64,000 nt of DNA from Alphaproteobacteria bacterium (lineage in GTDB: Bacteria; Pseudomonadota; Alphaproteobacteria; UBA2966): NCBI GenBank assembly GCA_964291395.2, contig OZ219856.1, positions 1,088,001 through 1,152,000 on the forward strand. Direction: 5' to 3'. Numbering within the stretch: position 1 is the stretch's first letter; the number at the start of each line of letters is the position of its first letter. Below the pieces are notes generated by a model that did not search any database, had not been told where the DNA came from, and saw nothing but the letters and a program-made list of their open reading frames with translations. The translations under genes were made by a program, and so were the position numbers. Below are positions 43,961 through 53,218 of the stretch, piece by piece.

Positions 43961-45319
43961 CTACGCCCACCTGGAGAGCAGCTCTTCCTTCATGGCCCTG
44001 ATGCGTTCCCCGATGGCTTGGTCGCGGGGCGGCCCCGGAGGCTCTTCCGCGGCCAAGACGATATCCGTCGCGCGGCGGCCCGCCTCGGCAACCAAAGCAC
44101 TGTCACCTTCGTTTCTGAGCGGAATCCGCAGGACCGAGTCGAACGTGTACGTCGCGCGGGCGTCCCAGCCGTTTTGCGGCGGGTGGAGGTCGGGCTCGGA
44201 CTCACCGCGCAACGCCCGCCGAAATTGACGGCGCATCATCATCACGCCCGTATCAGTCCAACCCGGATGCTCGCGCCCATGGTCGGGCAACGGTCCCTGG
44301 CTGACGAGCACTTCCCAGTCGCCCGGATTCCGCTGCATCTCTTCGTAGTCACGGTGCATGGTCTGTCCAGGCGCGAAGTCAACGATCTCCTTGCCGCATT
44401 CCTCGGGCTTGCCGAAGCCGTGCGGATCCAGCGCTTCGGAGAAGTGGCGATAACCAAAGATCATGCAGTGGTTGTCGTCGATCGGTACGGTCCAGCGGGT
44501 CAACGCCGATCCCGTGTAGAATTTCTCCGCGTCGCCCTGTTCGAAGAGGGCGCCGGCCTGGAAAAAGCCGGGCAACAACGCATGAATGCAGCGCACCCAT
44601 ACCAGGTCGTCGAGTCGGCGGCTGGTGACGTAGAGGCAACCGTGTCCGTTGTCGGTCTCCCGGAATTCGACCTCCGGCATCACGTCCATCCGGGGCGATA
44701 GCTGATACTGATTGTTCCGGCTGTGCAGGAAAACGATGTGGGCCGGATCCATGATGTTTTCCTGAACGTGCAACCAGTTGCACGAATGCCAGATCGAGTA
44801 CGGCACCAAATCGTCGTCCGGCTGGAGATAGGCGTCGTATATGGGAAACCTCGGTTTTCGATCGGGGGGACCCAAGTAGGCGAACACCAACCCGCGATAT
44901 TCCCGCACGGGATAGGCACCGTGGCGGAACGAGTCCTTCAACCGAGACTCCGGAGGCTCGCCCGGTGTGTCGAGAACTGCGCCGTCGACATCGAACAGCC
45001 AGCCGTGGTAGCAGCAGCGTAGGCCACGCTCCGACACGATGCCGTATTCGAGTGACGTGCCCCGATGCGGGCAGTGGCGATGGAGGACGCCCAACCGCCC
45101 GGACTTGTCACGGAACAGGACGAGGTCTTCGCCGAGATGCCGAACGGCCAACGGCAAATCGGTCAGTTCCGATGACAGACACACCGGATGCCAGAACTTT
45201 CGGAGATATTCTCCCGCTGCGGTGCCTGGACCCGTCTCGAGCAGTTCGTCGTCGTGCTTCTTGGGAAGTCCTGCCGAGAAATATCCGCCGTATGCCTGGC
45301 TTGGCGCCACTTCGCCCAT
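43961..45319 (-). CDS. Rieske non-heme iron oxygenase (phthalate dioxygenase/VanA-like subunit)
   Basis: CPHRG...CCYHGW Rieske ligands; ENIMDPAHIVFLH mononuclear Fe motif. Confidence 0.92.
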   Translation of the reverse strand: MGEVAPSQAYGGYFSAGLPKKHDDELLETGPGTAAGEYLRKFWHPVCLSSELTDLPLAVRHLGEDLVLFRDKSGRLGVLHRHCPHRGTSLEYGIVSERGLRCCYHGWLFDVDGAVLDTPGEPPESRLKDSFRHGAYPVREYRGLVFAYLGPPDRKPRFPIYDAYLQPDDDLVPYSIWHSCNWLHVQENIMDPAHIVFLHSRNNQYQLSPRMDVMPEVEFRETDNGHGCLYVTSRRLDDLVWVRCIHALLPGFFQAGALFEQGDAEKFYTGSALTRWTVPIDDNHCMIFGYRHFSEALDPHGFGKPEECGKEIVDFAPGQTMHRDYEEMQRNPGDWEVLVSQGPLPDHGREHPGWTDTGVMMMRRQFRRALRGESEPDLHPPQNGWDARATYTFDSVLRIPLRNEGDSALVAEAGRRATDIVLAAEEPPGPPRDQAIGERIRAMKEELLSRWA

Positions 45320-45560
45320 ATGGGTTCCGACTCGCCGTCTGATCCTGTCGCCAGCGTAACCCACGATGGCATTCCGGGCAAAGCACCCGCCAGCCTTCCA
45401 AGGCGGTCCGATATTCAGACCGATCGAGCGTTGTCGCGAGGACCGCTAGCTGCCGTTGCATGAAGACACATTGAGGAAGTTTTGTTAACCGATTGTATAA
45501 AATGCGAAAAATGGCATTTCCACTGTTGCCATGCATCCTCGATCCGCAGATCATTTTCAC

Positions 45561-46304
45561 ATGTGGGCACCTGAGAGCCTCGTGATCGTCGCCGCGACCT
45601 TCTTGATCGCCGGCACCGTGAAAGGTGTGGTTGGCTTGGGTCTGCCGACTATTTCACTCGCCCTGTTGACGGCGGCATTCGGCCTCACGGAGGCGATGGC
45701 GTTGATGCTGATCCCGTCTTTTGTCACCAATGCTTGGCAGGGAATGGTTGGCGGCGCCTTATCCGAGATCCTGCGGCGGCTGTGGCCATTGCTGGTCGTC
45801 GCTTGTCTGGGCATTTGGATGGGGGCTGGGATCCTTGCGAAGTCGGATGCGCTTCTGCTCTCCGGGCTGCTCGGTGCTGTGCTGTGCCTCTACTCGTCGA
45901 TCAGTCTCACGTCGGTGCGGGTTCCGGCTCCGGGCGCACGTGAGAAATGGCTGTCGCCGGTCATCGGGTTGATCAATGGAACTCTGACAGGCCTTACGGG
46001 CTCGTTCGTCGTACCCGCTACGCTCTATTTGCAGGCCTTGGGGCTCGACCGCAATGTTTTGATCCAGGCCATGGGGGTGCTCTACACCGTTTCCACGGTC
46101 GCTTTGGGCATTGCGCTTGCGGGTAATCGATTGTTGCCCCAGGATTTGGGTGTCATTTCGGTGGTCGCGGTGCTTCCGGCGCTCGCCGGCATGGTGGTCG
46201 GCCAGCGCGTGCGCCAATCGTTGTCGGAGACCGCCTTCTGCAAGGTGTTCTTCAGCTCACTGCTGGTCCTCGGACTCTACATCATGGGCCGAGCGTTCAT
46301 TTGA
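45561..46304 (+). CDS. TauE/SafE family sulfite exporter
   Basis: AGTVKGVVGLGLP, TNAWQ, GTLTGLTGS; about 8 TM segments. Confidence 0.88.
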   Translation: MWAPESLVIVAATFLIAGTVKGVVGLGLPTISLALLTAAFGLTEAMALMLIPSFVTNAWQGMVGGALSEILRRLWPLLVVACLGIWMGAGILAKSDALLLSGLLGAVLCLYSSISLTSVRVPAPGAREKWLSPVIGLINGTLTGLTGSFVVPATLYLQALGLDRNVLIQAMGVLYTVSTVALGIALAGNRLLPQDLGVISVVAVLPALAGMVVGQRVRQSLSETAFCKVFFSSLLVLGLYIMGRAFI

Positions 46305-46568
46305 GGTAGACGGACTCTCGCGGCAACATGGGATCGGGTGCGCGCCCATGTATGTCGTGCAGATCGAGGACAATCGTCTTCACGAAGCCGTAATCGGCGA
46401 CGCCTATCTCGACGCGCCGCGCCGCGTTCCGTGAAAGTGCCGAGGCCTTTGGTTTACCGATGAATCCTTCGTGATGGCGCGCCGCCGCACCTGATCCCTC
46501 GGCATCGAGGATTGGCTCGGATGCAGACTGGAAATATCTGCGGACGGTCGTTATGACTGTTCCCCGTC

Positions 46569-47273
46569 ATGATGAACAAGATCGTCAACAGCCTCAGGGA
46601 GGCCATCGCCGACATTCACGATGGCGCCGTCATCCACGTCGGCGGCTTCGGGATGGCGGGCAGTCCGATCGACCTGCTCCACGCGTTGGCGGAGCAAGGC
46701 GCCAAGAACCTTACGATCGTCAGCAATAACGCGGGCGTCGGGCGGGTCGGCATCGCCAAGCTGTTGTCCACCGGGCAGGTCGGCAAGGTCGTGTGTTCGT
46801 TTCCGCGTCAGGAAAACTCGACGATCATCGACGATCTGCACCGCGAGGGAAGAATCGAGCTGGAATTGGTGCCACAAGGGACGTTGGCCGAGCGCATTCG
46901 GGCGGCCGGTGCCGGAATCGGCGGTTTTTACACGCCCACGTCCGTCGGCACTCCTCTGGCGGCGGGCAAGGAACGTCGCACATTCGACGGCAAGGAGTAC
47001 GTCTTGGAGCTCCCGATCCACGCCGATTTCGCGCTGGTCAAGGCAGAGCAGGCGGACCGCTGGGGGAATCTCGTTTACCACAAGGCGCAGCGGAATTTCG
47101 GGCCGCCGATGTGCATGGCAGCCAAAACCACCATCGTGCAGGTGCGGACCATCGTCGATCTGGGGGAGCTCGACCCCGAGATCATCGTGACGCCGAGCAT
47201 CTTCGTCGATCGGGTCGTCGCCGTGCCCAACCCGCTCAGCGAGCGCGAGCTGGTCGCCCAAGAAGGAGCATGA
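46569..47273 (+). CDS. pcaI: 3-oxoacid (3-oxoadipate-type) CoA-transferase subunit A
   Basis: GGFGMAG, SNNAG, CSFPRQ, PQGTLAERIRAAGAG, RNFGP. Confidence 0.8.
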   Translation: MMNKIVNSLREAIADIHDGAVIHVGGFGMAGSPIDLLHALAEQGAKNLTIVSNNAGVGRVGIAKLLSTGQVGKVVCSFPRQENSTIIDDLHREGRIELELVPQGTLAERIRAAGAGIGGFYTPTSVGTPLAAGKERRTFDGKEYVLELPIHADFALVKAEQADRWGNLVYHKAQRNFGPPMCMAAKTTIVQVRTIVDLGELDPEIIVTPSIFVDRVVAVPNPLSERELVAQEGA

Positions 47274-47277
47274 AGAC

Positions 47278-47952
47278 ATGACGGAGCGTCTAGACCGAAC
47301 TCAGATCGCCTGGCGCGTGGGCCGGGACATTCCCGACGGTTCGTTCGTCAATCTTGGGATCGGTATGCCGGAATTGGTGGCGAATTATTTGCCGGAGGAT
47401 CGCGAGATCGTCTTCCAGAGCGAGAACGGCATTCTCGGCATGGGGCCGCGGCCCGAGGCGGGGGAGGAGGACGAGGAGCTCGTCAACGCCGGCAAGAAGC
47501 TGGTGACGCTGTTGCCCGGCGGGTCCTTTTTTCACCACGCCGACTCGTTCGCCATGATTCGCGGCGGCCATATCGATATTTGCGTCCTGGGTGCCTTCCA
47601 GGTGTCGAAGACGGGGGACCTCGCGAATTGGACGACGAGCATGGACGCGCTGCCGGGTGTCGGCGGCGCCATGGATCTCGTGGCTGGTTCGAAGCGTGTG
47701 TTCATCATGACGACGCACACGACAAAGAAGGGCGATCCCAAGATCGTCGAGGAGTGCACGCTGCCGCTCACGGGCAAGGAGTGCGTGTCCACCGTCTATT
47801 CGGATCTGGCGGTGATCGATTTCGGGCCTGACGGTCCGATCGTCCGAGAGAAGCTCGAGGACCTCGAATTCGACGAGCTTCAGGACAAGACCGGAGTGCC
47901 CTTGCGTTTGGCCAACGACTGGAAGCCCTTGCAGGCTCCGGCCCTCGATTAG
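47278..47952 (+). CDS. pcaJ: 3-oxoacid CoA-transferase subunit B
   Basis: VNLGIGMP, SENG (catalytic Glu), SFAMIRGGH, GGAMDL. Confidence 0.8.
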   Translation: MTERLDRTQIAWRVGRDIPDGSFVNLGIGMPELVANYLPEDREIVFQSENGILGMGPRPEAGEEDEELVNAGKKLVTLLPGGSFFHHADSFAMIRGGHIDICVLGAFQVSKTGDLANWTTSMDALPGVGGAMDLVAGSKRVFIMTTHTTKKGDPKIVEECTLPLTGKECVSTVYSDLAVIDFGPDGPIVREKLEDLEFDELQDKTGVPLRLANDWKPLQAPALD

Positions 47953-48123
47953 GATTGCCTTTTTCCGATTCAGACGGCGTCGGCCCGCGATTTCCCGCGC
48001 CGCCGCCGCGTTGACCGCGTCCCGCCGGAAGGGCCTCAGCGGGGCGGCTTTACCGGACCCGCTTTAGCGGCAAGAATAGGCGCTCCGACGAGATGCACAG
48101 GCCGGTAAAGGCAAGAGGTCGCC

Positions 48124-50559
48124 ATGGCCAGTGACAGGGCGAAGCCAAGTAGTTTGGGTGCTGAACCGGCGGAGAGCGGAGGGGCGGTCGAGCCGTCGTT
48201 CCGGAGTGCCCTCCCGCACTTCCTGCCGCTGGCGGTCTTCCCGCTGATCGTCAACGCCGCGATTCACGGCGGCTGGTGGATCGCGGCTCCCTTCGCCTTC
48301 TTCGCCCTTCCGGGGCCGCTGGATATCGCGTTCGGTGCTGACGAGCGAAACATGGATCCGGTCAAGACGCCGGAAAGCCGGCTGCTCTGGTATGAGCTGC
48401 CGGTTTGGGGATGGGCGTTCCTCTGGCCGGTGACGTTCGTATTCGTGCTCTGGCAAATCCTTGTCGCCGGCCATCTCGCGATCTGGGAAGCCGCTTTGAT
48501 GACCGTCGTGCTGGCCACCGAGGCCCAGGCGGTCTTCATCGTCGGTCACGAACTGGTCCACCGGCGCGCGACGTGGGAGCGGCGTCTGGGCGAGTTTCTG
48601 CTCGCGTCCGTCTCATACCCTCAGTACGCCACGGAGCATGTCTATATTCACCATGCTCTCGTCGGCACGCCGCTGGACGTGGGGTCCGCGCCCAAGGGCC
48701 AGAGCATCTGGCGGTATTTCCCCCGCGAAGTGGCGAGCAACCTACTCGGCGCCTGGAAGGTTGCGCGCGACCGGCTCGCGCGCCGCCGCTTGCCGGTCTG
48801 GCACCACACCAACCCGTTCTGGCGCTACGGCATCGAAACCGCCTTCTGGTACGCGTTGATCTATTGGCTGGGCGGTCCGTGGGCGATCCCGGTCTATGTC
48901 GTCATGTGCCTCGGCGTCGTCTTCTCGATGAAGATCAGCAACTATATCCAGCACTACGGTTTGCGCCGCGTCCGTCTGCCCAACGGCCGGTTCGAAAAGG
49001 TCCGGCCCCGTCATTCCTGGAGCACTGACTGCAGGTTCAGCAACTGGATGTTCTACAACATGCAGCGGCACCCGGACCATCATGCCGTGGCGAGCCGGCG
49101 CTACCCGCTGTTGCAGCACCACGCCGGGAACGAGTCGCCGCAACTGCCGGGAGGCTACGCCAAGATGTTCAATCTGGCCGTCCGTCCGAAACGCTGGTTC
49201 GAGACGATGGATCCCTTGGTCGACGGCTGGCGCGCGCGCTTCTATCCCGAGGTCGACGACTGGAGCGCCTACGACAGTCCGGTCTCCGCGGCGCGTCCGG
49301 AGGCCTTCGACGCGATCGTCGAGATCTTTGGCGCCGCGCCGCGCCTCGCCGCATGGATCGAACGCAACCCGGAACTGCTCGAGAGTCTCCAGGACAGGGA
49401 ATTCACCGACCTCGATCTCCCGGAGGGTTTCGGACCGGACCCGGAAACCGAGGCGGTCGCCCGACGGGGCCTGACGCGCCTCTACTGGACGCACGAGTTT
49501 GGCTCTTCCGAAATGAAGGAGCGGATCGCCGAGATCCCGGTTCAGGACGTGGACGACGCGGTAGACACCGTGCGGAACTGGTCGAACGACAAGGCGTTCC
49601 AGATCGGCATGCATACCTTGCGTGGCAACCTGTCGCCGGTCGAGGCGGGAACGGCGTTGTCCAACGTCGCCGAGGCCTCGATCTCCGCCGTGTTGTCGGC
49701 CGTCACGGAGGACTCCGCCCACAGGCGCGGACCGAGCGGTGAAGGCGGTGTCGCGGCAGTCGTTCTGGGCGAACTGGCCAGCGGGGAAGCGGCACCCGGC
49801 GCCGAGCTCGATGTCTTTTTCGTCTATGTAGGCGCCGCCGTCGATCGCAAAGCCCTGTGCCGGCGCTTCCGCGAAGCCCTGGCCGGTCTGTCCCGCGACA
49901 GCCTGCTGTTCGCCCCGATGCCGCGCGGCGCCGGTAAGGAGCGGGCCGCGTGGTCTCTCGACGATTTGGCGGACCATTGCCGGACTGGCGCGCTTCCGGA
50001 TCTGACTCGGACACGTCGTGTCTTCGAATTCGGCGAGTCGGGAATCGGAAGGCGGTTCGACGACGCACGGCGCGAAAGTCTTGCTCATGGGGCTGCTCGC
50101 GACGCGCTCATCGCGGAGTTGCGGGACGGGGCCGGGCGCGCGGTCGAACCGGGCCTCTCGTCTCTCGACGACATGCGGGGCGGCCTCCGGGATGTCGAGC
50201 GCGCCGCCCGGTTGCTGCGATTGACCCATACCGGAAACGACCCGGATGACCCGGCACCCACCGCCGCCTCGGTCTTCCGTGGCGCCGGTGCCGGGCGGCT
50301 CGCGGACGCCGCGACCCTGTGGCGCGGCCTGCGGGGCATTCTGCGGCTGGTCGGAGGGGACGGTTTCGCGGTTGAGGCAGCGGGTCCGAAGGTCAAGGCC
50401 GCCGTCGCGAGGGCCTGCGGGGCGGAAGATTTCGACGCGCTGACCGCCGCAGTCCGCGATACGGCCGCCTCCGCCTCCGCCGAAATCGATACCCTTGTCG
50501 GAAGGAATGTCTCCCCGGCTGGGAGCGACGCCGGTTCCGAAGCGTCCGGTCCGTCTTGA
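48124..50559 (+). CDS. Fusion of an AlkB-like membrane di-iron oxygenase/desaturase and a GlnE-like nucleotidyltransferase module
   Basis: N-terminal half: TM helices with HELVH, EHVYIHH, NYIQHYG, QRHPDHH. C-terminal half: AVVLGELASGE-x5-ELDVFFVY and RGGLRDVE, resembling GlnE GKLGGxE-x4-SDLD and GGLxDIEF. Confidence 0.82.
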   Translation: MASDRAKPSSLGAEPAESGGAVEPSFRSALPHFLPLAVFPLIVNAAIHGGWWIAAPFAFFALPGPLDIAFGADERNMDPVKTPESRLLWYELPVWGWAFLWPVTFVFVLWQILVAGHLAIWEAALMTVVLATEAQAVFIVGHELVHRRATWERRLGEFLLASVSYPQYATEHVYIHHALVGTPLDVGSAPKGQSIWRYFPREVASNLLGAWKVARDRLARRRLPVWHHTNPFWRYGIETAFWYALIYWLGGPWAIPVYVVMCLGVVFSMKISNYIQHYGLRRVRLPNGRFEKVRPRHSWSTDCRFSNWMFYNMQRHPDHHAVASRRYPLLQHHAGNESPQLPGGYAKMFNLAVRPKRWFETMDPLVDGWRARFYPEVDDWSAYDSPVSAARPEAFDAIVEIFGAAPRLAAWIERNPELLESLQDREFTDLDLPEGFGPDPETEAVARRGLTRLYWTHEFGSSEMKERIAEIPVQDVDDAVDTVRNWSNDKAFQIGMHTLRGNLSPVEAGTALSNVAEASISAVLSAVTEDSAHRRGPSGEGGVAAVVLGELASGEAAPGAELDVFFVYVGAAVDRKALCRRFREALAGLSRDSLLFAPMPRGAGKERAAWSLDDLADHCRTGALPDLTRTRRVFEFGESGIGRRFDDARRESLAHGAARDALIAELRDGAGRAVEPGLSSLDDMRGGLRDVERAARLLRLTHTGNDPDDPAPTAASVFRGAGAGRLADAATLWRGLRGILRLVGGDGFAVEAAGPKVKAAVARACGAEDFDALTAAVRDTAASASAEIDTLVGRNVSPAGSDAGSEASGPS

Positions 50560-52874
50560 GTCCGCCGGCGCACCTGCCGCGTGGAACCCTGAAGAAGGCC
50601 GCCGTCGCGGACCTCGGTACGATCGAGGTGCCGGTGCTGACGCCGCATTTCGAATTTCGATCGATCGAAGACGGGCAGGTGCTCCTGCTGTCCGAAACGT
50701 TCAACACGTTGCTCCATGGGCGGATCCTTTGCGATCTGCTGCCGCTGCTCGACGGCAGGCGCTCGCGGAACGACATCGTCTCCGCGCTTGCCGGTTCGCA
50801 TTCGGAGTCTGACGTTCTGACCGCGCTCGCCTCTCTCGCGGCCAAGGGCTACGTCGTCTCGGGCGAATACGCCATGGAACGGGGAGCGGCAGCGTTCTGG
50901 TCCTCCCTGGGCGCGTCGCCGCGCTGGGCCGAGGAACGCTTGGCGGCGGCGAGGGTGGCTGTCGTCGGCGACGACGGCCGTCTCGCCCGGCCGCTAGACG
51001 TCATGGGCGTGGACGTGGGTGCGGACAGCCCGACGCTCTCGGTCATCGTCTGCGTCGACTATCTCGACGAACGGCATGACGCCGTCAACCGGCGCCATAT
51101 CTCCTCCGGCGCACCGTGGATGGCGGTCAGGCCGAAGGGCGTGCAACCCCTCTTCGGCCCCGTCTTCCGGCCCGCGGAGCAGGGCCCGTGCTGGGCTTGT
51201 CTGGCCCACCGCCTGCGTGGCCACCAGGAGGTCCACACGTTCCTGCGCAACGTCGCCGGCGAAGACACCGCTTTTCTGCCCCGTGCCGCCGAGCCCGCCG
51301 TTGTGGACGCGGTATACGGCCTCGTCGCCACCGAAATCGCCAAGTGGCTGGTTCTCGAGGAGGCGGCGCCCCTTCACGAGCACGCGATCACGCTGGATGT
51401 GAGTCATCTGAAGGCCGAGCACCATGCCGTCATGCGCCGTCCGCAGTGTTCCGTCTGCGGCGACGAGGCATCGTATCGCACCGACCGGCCGGCACAGCCA
51501 GTGCGACTCCAACCGAGCCCGAAAGGCGTCTGCAACAGCGGCGGCGTGCGCTCGGTATCGCCGGAAGAGACTCTCACGCGGTATCGCCATTTGATCAGTC
51601 CCGTCAGTGGTATCGTGACCTGGGTTGCCCGCGCCACGGAGGAGACCGATCCCTGGCTGCACGTCCACTGGGCCGGTAGCAATCTGGCGCTCCGGATCAA
51701 GAATCTGAGCTCGCTCAGGCGCAGCCTGCGGAGCAAGAGCGCCGGCAAGGGGAGCACGGCGAGCCAATCGGAGGCGAGTGCGCTCTGCGAGGCGATCGAA
51801 CGCTATTCCAGTGCCTTCCACGGCGACGAAATTCGCCGCCGCCGGCGATTGTCAGACTTCGCGGCGGCGGGTGAGGCGGAGGCGGTCCACCCCAACGATG
51901 TCCAGCTCTTCAGCGGTCGGCAGCTGGATCATGCGGAGGAGATCAACGCCCGCGGCCATCCCTACAACGTTGTCCCGCCACGCTTCGACTCCGAGAGGAA
52001 TGTCGACTGGTCGCCCGTGTGGTCGCTCACGCAAGGCCGGCATCGTTATCTGCCTACGTCCATGCTCTACGGCATGACGCCGGAACAGCGCGGCGATTCT
52101 GGCCTCTGGGCGGACTCCAACGGCTGCGCTGCCGGCAACACGCTGGAGGAAGCCATCCTGCAGGGGTTTTTCGAGCTGGTAGAACGCGACGCCTTCGCCA
52201 TCTGGTGGTACAACCGGCTTCGCTTGCCCGAGGTGAATCTGGAAAGTTTCGGAGATTCCTACTTGGCGTCGGCCGCCGACTACTACCGCCGCCATCATCG
52301 CGACATGTGGGTGCTGGACGCGACCAGCGATCTCGGCATCCCCGCCTTCGTTGCGCTCTCGCGCCGCACCGACGTCGAGACGGAGGACATCATCTACGGT
52401 GCGGGCGCGCATTTGGACCCGCACGTCGCGGCGCTCCGCGCGGTGTGCGAGATGAACCAGTGTTTGACCTGGGTCCCCCGCCCCGGGGATGCTGCCGCGC
52501 GCTACGGCGTCGACGATCCGATGTGTCTTTGGTGGTGGAAGAACGCAACTCTCGCGGACCATCCTTGGCTGGCGCCGGCTCCAGGCTCCGCACCGCGCGG
52601 CAGGTCGGACTATCCGGTTCCCGTTACGGCGGACCTGCGGGAAGACGTGGAGCGCTGCCGTGCATTGGTGGAAGCCAGGGGCATGGAATTCCTGGTCCTC
52701 GACCAGACGAGGCCCGACGTCGGCATGCCGGTGGCGCGCGTGATCGTGCCCGGTCTGCGCCACTTCTGGGAACGCTTCGCGCCGGGACGCCTCTACGACG
52801 TGCCGGTTGAGATGGGGTGGCGGGACGGTCCGCTCGACGAAGCAGATCTCAATCCCGTTCCCGTCGTCGCGTGA
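50556..52874 (+). CDS. Fused RRE/E1-like/YcaO cyclodehydratase (TOMM type)
   Basis: N-terminal winged-helix-like segment (LLPLLDGRRS...LAAKGYV); GPVFRP..GPCWAC and CSVC; SAGKG, SALCEAIERYS, SNGCAAG, ELVERD; C-terminal NPVP. Confidence 0.92.
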   Translation: MSPPAHLPRGTLKKAAVADLGTIEVPVLTPHFEFRSIEDGQVLLLSETFNTLLHGRILCDLLPLLDGRRSRNDIVSALAGSHSESDVLTALASLAAKGYVVSGEYAMERGAAAFWSSLGASPRWAEERLAAARVAVVGDDGRLARPLDVMGVDVGADSPTLSVIVCVDYLDERHDAVNRRHISSGAPWMAVRPKGVQPLFGPVFRPAEQGPCWACLAHRLRGHQEVHTFLRNVAGEDTAFLPRAAEPAVVDAVYGLVATEIAKWLVLEEAAPLHEHAITLDVSHLKAEHHAVMRRPQCSVCGDEASYRTDRPAQPVRLQPSPKGVCNSGGVRSVSPEETLTRYRHLISPVSGIVTWVARATEETDPWLHVHWAGSNLALRIKNLSSLRRSLRSKSAGKGSTASQSEASALCEAIERYSSAFHGDEIRRRRRLSDFAAAGEAEAVHPNDVQLFSGRQLDHAEEINARGHPYNVVPPRFDSERNVDWSPVWSLTQGRHRYLPTSMLYGMTPEQRGDSGLWADSNGCAAGNTLEEAILQGFFELVERDAFAIWWYNRLRLPEVNLESFGDSYLASAADYYRRHHRDMWVLDATSDLGIPAFVALSRRTDVETEDIIYGAGAHLDPHVAALRAVCEMNQCLTWVPRPGDAAARYGVDDPMCLWWWKNATLADHPWLAPAPGSAPRGRSDYPVPVTADLREDVERCRALVEARGMEFLVLDQTRPDVGMPVARVIVPGLRHFWERFAPGRLYDVPVEMGWRDGPLDEADLNPVPVVA

Positions 52875-52899
52875 GATGCTGTTGACCAGCCTCCACTGA

Positions 52900-53135
52900 C
52901 TGGTCCGGTTCGAGTCGGCCTGCGTCGTGGTCGGCTGAGGCGGCCTCGTCCTTGTCGTCGGCATTGGCACTGGGCACGTGGGTGAACTCGGCCTTGAACT
53001 CGTCCCGGGGCATGTCCATCACCCGGTCGTGGACCGAGCTGCCCTCGTCCAGCGCGGCGTTGGTGAGCGCCTGGTCGTCCATGTTGGTCTGGAACGCCGC
53101 GCTGTCCGGCGGCGTCGTAGAGTTGAAACGTGGTC
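52900..53135 (-). pseudogene. Unassigned coding-like fragment
   Basis: Minus frame ...AAFQTNMDDQALTNAALDEGSSVHDRVMDMPRDEFKAEFTHVP... has almost all G/C-ending codons but no convincing start, and it runs into the YcaO 3' end. Confidence 0.35.
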
Positions 53136-53218
53136 CCCGGCGCCTGTTTCGCTCCGGTGCCAGTTCCTCGGACGGCGGGTGGCAAGGCGCGTAGCCCAGA
53201 GCCGGGTGAGGGATATCC

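Noticed and set aside
48081-48089. CGCTCCGAC match to the tRNA-Pro 3' end as a possible att site
   Set aside because: It is only 9 nt, a similar match lies inside a CDS near 23390, and no integrase is present, so chance is sufficient.
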